A DNA stretch of 64,000 nt from an uncultured Pseudomonadota bacterium. Its GTDB lineage: Bacteria > Pseudomonadota > Alphaproteobacteria > JACZXZ01. Below are positions 1 to 7,386 of this stretch, one piece after another; position 1 is the stretch's first letter, and every line of letters starts with the position of its first letter. The position numbers were made by a program, and so were the translations under genes. Where the stretch lies: positions 1,024,001-1,088,000 of the forward strand of contig CAVVLJ010000017.1 of NCBI GenBank assembly GCA_963749075.1. The letters are read 5' to 3'. A model generated the notes under the pieces. The model was not told where the DNA came from and did not search any database. It saw nothing but the letters and a program-made list of their open reading frames with translations.

Positions 1-7
1 ATGCCTC

Positions 8-466
8 ATGACGATGGCCAATACCCAAACCGGGCAGGCGGTGCAAGTCCTCGGCGGGGGCGGCGAGCTAGACGTTGGCGTCGGACTCTCCCTACCCGTG
101 ACGTTCTCCACGGACAACGTCGCCGGTAAGAAGCTGCCCGGCGGCATGCTCGGCCAGTTCATTTGCGGCCCGGCTGCCGGCCAATACCAGAACCCTTCGG
201 TATTCCAGGGCGTCGCAACCTTGATCGGCATTGAAGGCGCTGCTGTCATTAGCGGCGGCGCGTCCATCCTCATATTTGCGGACCGGCACGTCGTCATCGG
301 GCCCGGCCTCCTCGTAGACGCAATCGGCCTCCTCAGCATTCGCCTGATCGGGCTCGTCTACGGGCTCGATCTGACCGATGCGATCGGCATTGACGTGAGC
401 AACGTATGGTATTCGACGAAGGTCAGGCTCCTCAACGCATGCTTAGTCGATGCGGGGCCCGGGTGA
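8..466 (+). CDS. Hypothetical protein (probably 5'-truncated by window edge)
   Basis: GC-rich third codon positions in this frame; frame is open back to the window start; no family recognised. Confidence 0.45.
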   Translation: MTMANTQTGQAVQVLGGGGELDVGVGLSLPVTFSTDNVAGKKLPGGMLGQFICGPAAGQYQNPSVFQGVATLIGIEGAAVISGGASILIFADRHVVIGPGLLVDAIGLLSIRLIGLVYGLDLTDAIGIDVSNVWYSTKVRLLNACLVDAGPG

Positions 467-592
467 CCTTGGCGATATGGCCGCGGGTTGATCGCGCGCC
501 TCAAGCCCCTGACCCGAAAACCGAGCGGCGCGAGCATCCGCGGCCGGCGCCGCCGACAGTCGCCGTCGAGCGTTCGGATCGGCTCCGGCCGG

Positions 593-1174
593 CTACCTCA
601 CCGCGCGCTCCGGCCCGAGAAGGGCGGCGCGGAAGCGTTGGGTGAGGAAGCGGCCGTCCCGCTCGGGCAGCACCATGGGCTCGGGCTCGCCCGAGATCTT
701 GGCGACGGCCAAGACGGGACCGGGGGTGCGGTAGAGGAGCTCGGCGAGAGCACCCGTGTCGTTGGCATTCGCCACCTCAAGCGTCGCGGCGAAGCCGGCT
801 GCCTTGGCGACGGCGGCGAGCGGGATGCCGCGGCCGGTGAGACCGGGCTGGCGGCCGGTCTCGCCGAAGGCCTCGTTGTCGAGCACGAGGAGTGCGAGAT
901 TGCGCGGGCGCTCGGCCGCGATGACCGCGAGCGAGCCTAGCCCCATGAGGAGCTCGCCGTCGCCCGTGATGACGAGGACGCGGCGGAGCGGCTGCGCGAG
1001 TGCCAGGCCGAGGCCGATCATGGCGGCACTCCCCATGGCACCCCAGAGATAGAAGGAGAGCGCATGGTCGCCGGCCGCCGCGGCGTCGTAGGTGGCGGAG
1101 CCCAGGCCCGTGACGAGGAGCGCCTCGCCGCGCTCGGCAAGGAGATCGGCCACCAGTGCGCGTCGGTTGAGCAT
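593..1174 (-). CDS. TPP-dependent sulfopyruvate/phosphonopyruvate decarboxylase beta subunit (ComE-like)
   Basis: GAMGSAAMIGLGLA and TPP-binding GDG...LDN motif; follows the alpha-like subunit; GAGGAG RBS before ATG 1174. Confidence 0.8.
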   Translation of the reverse strand: MLNRRALVADLLAERGEALLVTGLGSATYDAAAAGDHALSFYLWGAMGSAAMIGLGLALAQPLRRVLVITGDGELLMGLGSLAVIAAERPRNLALLVLDNEAFGETGRQPGLTGRGIPLAAVAKAAGFAATLEVANANDTGALAELLYRTPGPVLAVAKISGEPEPMVLPERDGRFLTQRFRAALLGPERAVR

Positions 1175-1187
1175 GGCGCGCCTCTCC

Positions 1188-1727
1188 TCACTCCGGGCCG
1201 TCGAAACGCTTGGCGCCGAGCATGCGCTGGGTGAGCAGCACCGCCGCCTGCTGCCCGCTCTGGAAGGCGAGGCCGGCCGCAGCGGCCGTGGCGGCCGCCG
1301 CCTCCTCCTCATGCTCGACCGGGAAGAGCTTGACGCCCATGGCCTGGAGCACGGGCCGCGTGCCCTGGCCCATGGGCACCTGCCAGGGATTGAACTCGCC
1401 CCACTCGCCGCGCATGGTGACGATCATGAGGAGCGGGATGCCGCAGAGCGCCGGCAGGGCCAGCATATTGATGCAATTGCCGACGCCGCTGCTCTGCAGC
1501 AGCACGGCCGCGCGCTCGCCGCCGAGCCAGGCGCCGGCGGCCAGCGCGATGCCCTCCTCCTCGCTCGTGAGCGTGACGAGGCGCATGGTGCCGTCGCCTG
1601 CCACGAGCTCGAGAAGCCGCGTGAGCCCGGCATCGGGCACGGTCGCCACCTGACGCACGGCGTGCGCCCGCAGCACCTGGTGAACCTCCTCCGCCCAATC
1701 GCGGAGGGCCGTCCTGCCCGCAGACAT
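1188..1727 (-). CDS. TPP-dependent sulfopyruvate/phosphonopyruvate decarboxylase alpha subunit (ComD-like)
   Basis: VPD, TSEEEG, LQSSGVGN and TMRGEWGEFNPWQVPMGQ motifs of the pyrimidine-binding subunit. Confidence 0.8.
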   Translation of the reverse strand: MSAGRTALRDWAEEVHQVLRAHAVRQVATVPDAGLTRLLELVAGDGTMRLVTLTSEEEGIALAAGAWLGGERAAVLLQSSGVGNCINMLALPALCGIPLLMIVTMRGEWGEFNPWQVPMGQGTRPVLQAMGVKLFPVEHEEEAAAATAAAAGLAFQSGQQAAVLLTQRMLGAKRFDGPE

Positions 1728-1942
1728 GGGGGTACCTCTGGGGGATTCCTCTGCGACCTCGTGGGCGCCATCATCGCCGCAGCACCAGCGGGCGTAAAGG
1801 GGTTTGGGTACTGTATTCGGCTTCCCAACGGCGGCGTGCGACGTTTCCGACCTGGCTCGCGGGCACTCTCCCATTTGCAGTGCTTGACCGCTCCCACCGC
1901 TGGGCACGTTTGGCCCTTCTTTCCCGCGTCGCCATATCACTT

Positions 1943-1974
1943 ACTGTCCCGTTCATGCCTCTTTTCGGGACAGT
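1943..1974. repeat. Perfect 9-bp inverted repeat ACTGTCCCG-N14-CGGGACAGT at the left flank of the low-GC islet
   Basis: Read directly; function unknown. Confidence 0.45.
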
Positions 1975-2040
1975 CTGCTGTAGTACCCCCCAGAGCCAAG
2001 TCTCCCGCGCGGCACCTTCGCCACCCAAGACGGATGTCCC

Positions 2041-2316
2041 CTACCGTCTGACAGGATAGCGTTCGGAGCCAGGCGGGAGTCCTCCAAATTTTTGCTTCAG
2101 CGAGCGCGTCGACTCGCAATCATGGTCTTCCCATTCGATAGTCGACCATCGATCCGGTTTGCTGTACACCGATGACAAATAGTCGTGCCAACGCACGGTT
2201 AGCACACGCCCTTTTGGAACGGGCCTGTCCACGTTTCCAAAGTCCAGCTGCTCGCTCCCTTCGACCCACCCACGCCGAGTGAGGTGATACTCAAACCACT
2301 CAGTACTCCGTGACAT
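2041..2316 (-). CDS. Small Trp-rich hypothetical protein downstream of Mrr (alternative GTG start 2352 overlaps the Mrr stop)
   Basis: Co-oriented with Mrr, same lower GC, GGAG RBS before ATG 2316, globular-looking sequence (EWFEYHLTRRGWVEGSE). Confidence 0.65.
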   Translation of the reverse strand: MSRSTEWFEYHLTRRGWVEGSEQLDFGNVDRPVPKGRVLTVRWHDYLSSVYSKPDRWSTIEWEDHDCESTRSLKQKFGGLPPGSERYPVRR

Positions 2317-2348
2317 GCCCGTTACTCCATTTGATCCACGTGCACTCT

Positions 2349-3359
2349 TCACTCGTCGCTCGGCACTAGGGTCCAGATACGCTTCAGCGGAATGGCACTT
2401 CGAATCGTTTCCGGTAGCGAATCATAATTAGCCTGGACCATATCGATGAGATCATTTGAATCCCATAGTCGAATTTCGAAGAACAAGCGGCTGGCTTCTC
2501 GCGGAACCGATTGCCTATAGCCGCCCCAAGCTACTACCGCGCCCTGGTCGGCTCCGAAGTTCTTCATAACGCCTTGCAATTCGCGCAAGACCTTCACATC
2601 TACAGGCTCGTCGCCGGATTTTACCTGGACGGCGAGACGCGGCGCTTCGAAGCCGAATGCACCGCGCCCAGCGATGATATCAATGCCGCCATCAGGCCCC
2701 TCGGGCGAGACCTTGACCTTGTAGCCCTGAACTTCGAGCAGCGCGCCGACCAGCGCTGCCAGCTCGTGACCTCTGAATTTGCGAGCAATGCATTCCCGGA
2801 TTTGGTCCCGCGCGTTTTGTTCCAGATCAGGCGGCGCCGTAAAGTCGGTGCTGTCCTCGGGTGTCGCCAGATCAATGGCAGGAGTGCGGTTCTCGATAAG
2901 AGCACGGACGCGTTCTTCGGCTTGACCGCGCTGGATGCGGCATACGGTCATGGCGGCGCCAAAGGAATAGAGAATATCTTGATCAAAGGCGCTTCGCGGG
3001 AACTCTTTGATCCATTTGACTGGGCGCGTATGCAGGCCATCCACTCCAAGATCAGTGCGGTACTTGTAAGACCCCGTTATGGTTCCGATTGCAATCATCG
3101 AGCGCGTTTTGAGTGGCAGCACTATGAGATCGCCGGATTGCATCGTGCTTGTGATCGGCCAAAGCTGGCTTTCCCAATTAGAGAGCCGTTTCGCCTTCTC
3201 GTCGGGATAAGTCTTTGCCAGCAGAGCGGTAAGCTCACCTCTATCAGAGATTCCGGATAGGTTGGGCACATTCTCCCAACCAATGATGGCGGCGCCCTTC
3301 TCAAGGGCGAGGCTCTCACGTTCCCCGTGTTTTCCGGCTCTCACCAGCCACAATGCCAT
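2349..3359 (-). CDS. mrr: Mrr-family (type IV) restriction endonuclease
   Basis: C-terminal Mrr_cat motif DGGIDII...VQVKS; N-terminal WLVRAG domain; GGAGG RBS; lower GC than flanks. Confidence 0.85.
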   Translation of the reverse strand: MALWLVRAGKHGERESLALEKGAAIIGWENVPNLSGISDRGELTALLAKTYPDEKAKRLSNWESQLWPITSTMQSGDLIVLPLKTRSMIAIGTITGSYKYRTDLGVDGLHTRPVKWIKEFPRSAFDQDILYSFGAAMTVCRIQRGQAEERVRALIENRTPAIDLATPEDSTDFTAPPDLEQNARDQIRECIARKFRGHELAALVGALLEVQGYKVKVSPEGPDGGIDIIAGRGAFGFEAPRLAVQVKSGDEPVDVKVLRELQGVMKNFGADQGAVVAWGGYRQSVPREASRLFFEIRLWDSNDLIDMVQANYDSLPETIRSAIPLKRIWTLVPSDE

Positions 3360-3512
3360 AGCAACCTCCCACGAGCTTGGAGCCACGACGGCAGCTCCTT
3401 GCTAATACATACGGAGATTTTTCTGTCTCAGACGGTTGTCAACGAAATTCGTGCCGCCCAACGCGTCCCTGAATTTCTCTCCGCTTCCGGCTCGTCAGCT
3501 AACGCTTTGATT

Positions 3513-3557
3513 TTGTGATAAGCGCCGCGCTTCAAACCCGGGGCCCGCTGATTAAAA
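3513..3557 (-). pseudogene. Degenerate 3' half of a tRNA-Lys gene (putative att-site scar)
   Basis: Minus strand reads TTTTAATCAGCGGGCCCCGGGTTTGAAGCGCGGCGCTTATCACAA, resembling anticodon loop to T-arm to acceptor end of tRNA-Lys; no 5' half; T-loop mutated. Confidence 0.5.
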
Positions 3558-3684
3558 ATTCGCGACCTTCTACCGGGGCCGGTATGCGTACAGGCGAGCA
3601 TATCGGCTCGTCGTTCGCCAAGCGCAGGAAGGTCGCTCAAGTTTGCTCGGGACGCTGAAATCCCAATTCCTCGTCGCCAAAGCA

Positions 3685-4074
3685 TCACACCACCTTTAGG
3701 CCAAGATGCTCCTCCATCGGCACAAAATCGCGGTCGCTGTGCAACAATGCGTGGCGGTGTTCGATGCAGAAGGTACCAATGATGATGTCGGCGGTTTTGC
3801 GGATCGTGACCCTCAGTTCCCTCAGTTTGCGATAGTTGCGGGCAGCTCGCGGGGCTAAATCGCCATCCAAGAGCGGCACGACAGCAAATTGACGCAACGC
3901 GCGTTCGATGCGCGCGGCCTGGGCTTCGTCCCGAGCGCCCTGAAGAACCTCGAGCAGGATAAGATCACCGATCAGCAAGGGTTCCCGCACGGCAACAGCT
4001 TCTAGCTTGCTGGTAGCCGGCGTTGTACGGCCGCGCAGATACGAGATCCAGACGGAGCTATCGACGAGAATCAC
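3685..4074 (-). CDS. vapC: VapC PIN-domain toxin
   Basis: ILVDSSVWI, EVLQG, D-IIG and HSDRDF PIN motifs; GTGA overlap with upstream antitoxin. Confidence 0.9.
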   Translation of the reverse strand: MILVDSSVWISYLRGRTTPATSKLEAVAVREPLLIGDLILLEVLQGARDEAQAARIERALRQFAVVPLLDGDLAPRAARNYRKLRELRVTIRKTADIIIGTFCIEHRHALLHSDRDFVPMEEHLGLKVV

Positions 4075-4280
4075 CGTCGGACCGCTTGGCGGCCCCGACG
4101 CATCTTGTCGAGATCGCCCTCCCAACCCAACCCCTTGAGATGCGCCAACGCCTCGGTCTGCTTGCGCACCCGAACCAAGAGATGCAATGCCGCCTCAACC
4201 GTGGCCCGCTTGGTCGGCAGCGCCGCGGCCGCCATGGCTTTGGACAGCAATTCGTCGTCGATTTCGATATTGGTCCGCAT
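4071..4280 (-). CDS. vapB: VapB antitoxin (ribbon-helix-helix type)
   Basis: MRTNIEIDDELL...TKRATVEAAL...WEGDLDKMR signature; directly upstream of vapC. Confidence 0.9.
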   Translation of the reverse strand: MRTNIEIDDELLSKAMAAAALPTKRATVEAALHLLVRVRKQTEALAHLKGLGWEGDLDKMRRGRQAVRR

Positions 4281-4298
4281 CGTCGTTGGGCTCCCCCA

Positions 4299-4328
4299 AT
4301 GTGTATAGAGTACAAAATTCATACACAT
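4299..4328 (-). promoter_or_regulatory. Putative vapBC operator/promoter: inverted repeat ATGTGTAT-N14-ATACACAT
   Basis: Perfect 8-bp AT-rich inverted repeat about 20 bp upstream of the vapB start; TA loci typically autoregulate through such palindromes. Confidence 0.65.
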
Positions 4329-4495
4329 AAGTCCATCTTTGCAAGACCGGCGCTATCAGGATACACCGCGAGCCCCCGGATCGCGCGCACGATTGCGAGC
4401 TTCACGTGCCGAGCACCTTGAGGGCTTCGCTTCTCGAGATACTCGTACACCTCCTCGCGGTCGGCGAATGCCCGCGGGGTGTACCGAACCCTCAT
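4319..4495 (-). pseudogene. Truncated ParE/RelE-family toxin (58 aa, not in ORF track)
   Basis: Manual translation MRVRYTPRAFADREEVYEYLEKRSPQGARHVKLAIVRAIRGLAVYPDS matches the ParE N-half; ATGA-coupled to the upstream antitoxin; C-half absent. Confidence 0.7.
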
Positions 4496-4719
4496 ATTCC
4501 GTGGCGCTTGTCGGCTTCCAAGATGTCTTCATCGGCGACGAACTCGCCTCTCTCTCCTTGCAGGAGACCCTCCTCGACGGCACCGCGCGTCGCTGCGTCG
4601 AGATGCACAACCGGCGTCTCTTCTCCGGCTATCGCGAGCAAGGCGTTGGCCAGCGCGTCCTGGTCTGCCGCGGGCAATTCGCGCAGTTTCTCGATGGCCT
4701 TTTCGAGCAACTTCGTCAT
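4492..4719 (-). CDS. Putative ParD-like/addiction-module antitoxin
   Basis: Small acidic protein MTKLLEKAIEKLRELPAADQD...VEEGLLQGERGEFVADE; coupled to the ParE-like fragment. Confidence 0.7.
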   Translation of the reverse strand: MTKLLEKAIEKLRELPAADQDALANALLAIAGEETPVVHLDAATRGAVEEGLLQGERGEFVADEDILEADKRHGI

Positions 4720-4949
4720 ATCGCCCATTTCATGACATCCCGATTTCGGCGCGGGCCCGCTCGTCACAGCGACAAAGCCGCCGAGCCCGACGACGTCGCG
4801 GATCATATCAGACCGCTCAAGGCCGGAGAACGCGCGAATCGCCCCCGTACCGCCGGGCATTTAGGGCCTTGCCTGCCCCGCGCAAGCCATATTGCCTTCC
4901 GCGCCGAACTACCGCACCTTTGGGTACGCATCGAACCCACGGGGACGCC

Positions 4950-5780
4950 ATGGCAAGCACGATCCTGCCGGACCTCGAGGCGCTGGCCGCGCGCGTGCCG
5001 GACGGCGCCATGCTCGCCGTGCCGACCGACTATTCCGGCGTCGCCATGGCGGCGACCTTGGCGCTCATCCGGCGCGGCGCCAGGCGGCTCCATCTCCTCT
5101 GCGTGCCGGCGAGCGGGCTCCAGGCCGAGCTCCTCATCGGCGCCGGCGCCGTCGCCACGCTCGAGACCTCGGCGGTGACGCTGGGCGAGCTCGGGCCGGC
5201 GCCGCGCTTCGTGGACGCGGTGCGGAACGGCAGGCTCCGCCTCCTCGATGCCACCTGCCCGGCCATCCACGCCGCCCTCCAGGCCGCCGAGAAGGGCCTG
5301 CCGTTCTTGCCGCTCCGCGGCCTCATCGGCAGCGATCTCGTGTCGCACCGCCCCGACTGGAAGGTCATCGAGAACCCGTTCGACGCAACGGAGTCCCTGG
5401 TGGCGCTGCCGGCGCTGAGGCCCGACGCAGCCCTCTTCCACGCCCCGCTCGCCGACCGCGAGGGCAATGTGTGGATCGGCCGGCGCCGCGAGCTCGCGAC
5501 CATGGCCCATGCGGCGCGCGAGACCTTCGTCACCGTCGAGGCGATCCGCGAGGAGAGCCTCTTCGCCGACGAGGTCATGGCGGCGGGCACGCTCCCGGCG
5601 CTCTACGTGAGCGGCGTAGCACTGGCCAAGCGCGGCGCCTGGCCGCTCGCCTTCTGGGACGACTACGCGGCCGACGACGAGGCCCTCGAGCGCTACGTGG
5701 CGGCGGCGGCGAGCCAGGAGGGCTTCGAGCGCCTGCTGGCAAGCTGGCTCGCGCGGCCGCGCGCGGCGGCGGCCGAGTGA
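4950..5780 (+). CDS. Family I CoA-transferase-like protein, subunit A (GctA-like)
   Basis: LPFLPLRGLIGSD, PD-A-FHA--AD-EGN and VTVE motifs. Confidence 0.8.
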   Translation: MASTILPDLEALAARVPDGAMLAVPTDYSGVAMAATLALIRRGARRLHLLCVPASGLQAELLIGAGAVATLETSAVTLGELGPAPRFVDAVRNGRLRLLDATCPAIHAALQAAEKGLPFLPLRGLIGSDLVSHRPDWKVIENPFDATESLVALPALRPDAALFHAPLADREGNVWIGRRRELATMAHAARETFVTVEAIREESLFADEVMAAGTLPALYVSGVALAKRGAWPLAFWDDYAADDEALERYVAAAASQEGFERLLASWLARPRAAAAE

Positions 5781-6514
5781 GCGGCTTCAGCAAGAGCGAG
5801 CTCCTGATCGCGACGGTGGCACGGCTCCTCGCGGGCTGCCGCCATGTCGCGGTCGGCGCCTCCTCGCCGATCCCGGGCGCAGGCGCACTTCTCGCCCGCG
5901 CGCTCTCCCACGGCGAGCTGCGCGTCAACCTGCTCGGCTCGCGCCGGCACAACTTCTTCACGAGCGGCGGCGTCGAGCTCTTCGATTGCGCGGCCGAGGG
6001 CCGCCTCGACGCCTTCTTCCTCGGCGGCGGCCAGATCGACGGCCGCGCCAACATCAACCTCGTGGGCCTTGGCGGCTACCCGGCCTCGCGGGTGCGCTGG
6101 CCCGGCTCCTTCGGCTCGGCCTATCTCTATTACCTGGTGCCGCGCGTCATCCTCTTCCGCGAGGAGCACAGCCGGCGCGTGCTCGTCGACAAGGTCGATT
6201 TCGTGAGCGCGCCGGGCACGAGTGCCGCCGGCGTCTACCGCCCGGGCGGACCGGCGGCCCTCCTCACCGGCATGGCACTCTTCACCTTCGACAAGGTGGC
6301 GCAGCGCTTCCGCCTCGAGAGCCTCCACCCCGGCCACACGCTTCAAGAGGTGCTCGACAATACCGGCTTCGCCTTCGAGCGGCCGGCGGCCCCCGCCACG
6401 ACACCCGCCCCCGACGCGGCCGGGCTCGCGCTCCTCCGCGGACGCATTCGCGACGAGCTCGCCGAGACCTACCCCCGTTTCGCGGCCGGCCTCTCCGGCC
6501 ATGCCGCCGCCTGA
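5777..6514 (+). CDS. Family I CoA-transferase-like protein, subunit B (GctB-like)
   Basis: FFLGGGQIDGRANIN, PGSFGS, VDFVSAPG and SLHPG...NTGF motifs; GTGA overlap with subunit A. Confidence 0.8.
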   Translation: MSGFSKSELLIATVARLLAGCRHVAVGASSPIPGAGALLARALSHGELRVNLLGSRRHNFFTSGGVELFDCAAEGRLDAFFLGGGQIDGRANINLVGLGGYPASRVRWPGSFGSAYLYYLVPRVILFREEHSRRVLVDKVDFVSAPGTSAAGVYRPGGPAALLTGMALFTFDKVAQRFRLESLHPGHTLQEVLDNTGFAFERPAAPATTPAPDAAGLALLRGRIRDELAETYPRFAAGLSGHAAA

Positions 6515-6568
6515 GGGGCGGGGGGCAGCGGACCCTAGAGCCGCTGCGCGCGCCGCGAGGAGCTTCCC

Positions 6569-7324
6569 TTGCTCGAGCATCTGAGCCCGCTTCAGCTCCT
6601 CCTCATCGCCGTCATCCTCGTGGCCGCCGGCCTGACCAAGGGCGTGCTCGGGGTCGGCCTGCCGCTCATCGCCGTGCCGCTCCTCTCGCAGATCGTGCCG
6701 GTGCCGCTCGCCATCATGACGCTCTCCCTCTCGCAGGTGCTGAGCAACGGCTACCAGGCCTTCCAGGGCGGCAATCTCGCCGCGGTGCTGCGCCGCTTTT
6801 GGACGCTCTTCCTGCCGCTCGTGGCCGCCCTTTTTGCGGGTGCGCGCATCCTCATCGGCCTCGACGCGCGGCTGCTCGGCTTCCTCGTGGGATCGCTGCT
6901 GCTCGTCTTCACCGTGCTGAGCCGGTTCCCGCGCCTTTTCAGCATCAAGCCGCGCCACGAGCGGCTCGCCAATCCCATCATCGGAGCGCTCGGCGGCTTC
7001 ATCGGCGGCATCTCCTCCTTCTCCGGCCCCGTCGTGCTCATGTATTTCATGGCGCTCGGGCTGGAGCAGGAGTTCTTCATCAGCGTGGTCTCGACCGCCT
7101 TCCTCCTCGGCGCCGCACCGCTGCTCATCTCGCTCACGCTCTATGGCGCCATGGGGTACCACGAGTACATTCTCTCGGGCCTGAGCGTGATCCCGGTCTT
7201 CGGCGGCCTCCTCGCCGGGCAGGCGCTGCGCAAGCGCATGCCGCAGGAGCTCTTCCGCAAGGGGCTCTTCGTGATCCTGCTCCTAACCGGCGCCAGCCTC
7301 GTGCTGCGCGCCATCCTCGAGTAG
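6569..7324 (+). CDS. TauE/SafE family (sulfite/organosulfonate exporter) membrane protein
   Basis: About 8 TM segments; AG--KG--GVG-PLIAVP and G--GG--GG-SSF-GP repeats. Confidence 0.8.
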   Translation: MLEHLSPLQLLLIAVILVAAGLTKGVLGVGLPLIAVPLLSQIVPVPLAIMTLSLSQVLSNGYQAFQGGNLAAVLRRFWTLFLPLVAALFAGARILIGLDARLLGFLVGSLLLVFTVLSRFPRLFSIKPRHERLANPIIGALGGFIGGISSFSGPVVLMYFMALGLEQEFFISVVSTAFLLGAAPLLISLTLYGAMGYHEYILSGLSVIPVFGGLLAGQALRKRMPQELFRKGLFVILLLTGASLVLRAILE

Positions 7325-7386
7325 GTGCGGTGCTTCTCCCGCGAGCGCGCGCCATGCTAATCTCCCGCCGCCCTGTGGAGGACGCC

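Noticed and set aside
3513-3557. Functional tRNA gene
   Set aside because: No D-arm or 5' acceptor strand; T-loop reads GTTTGA and the stem is mismatched; kept only as an att-like remnant
4790-4830. HNH-like peptide VADHIRPLKAG on the plus strand
   Set aside because: Isolated short match without the remaining HNH residues or a credible ORF
1800-4900. Intact mobile element (IS, prophage or ICE)
   Set aside because: No transposase, integrase or phage genes and no flanking direct repeats could be identified
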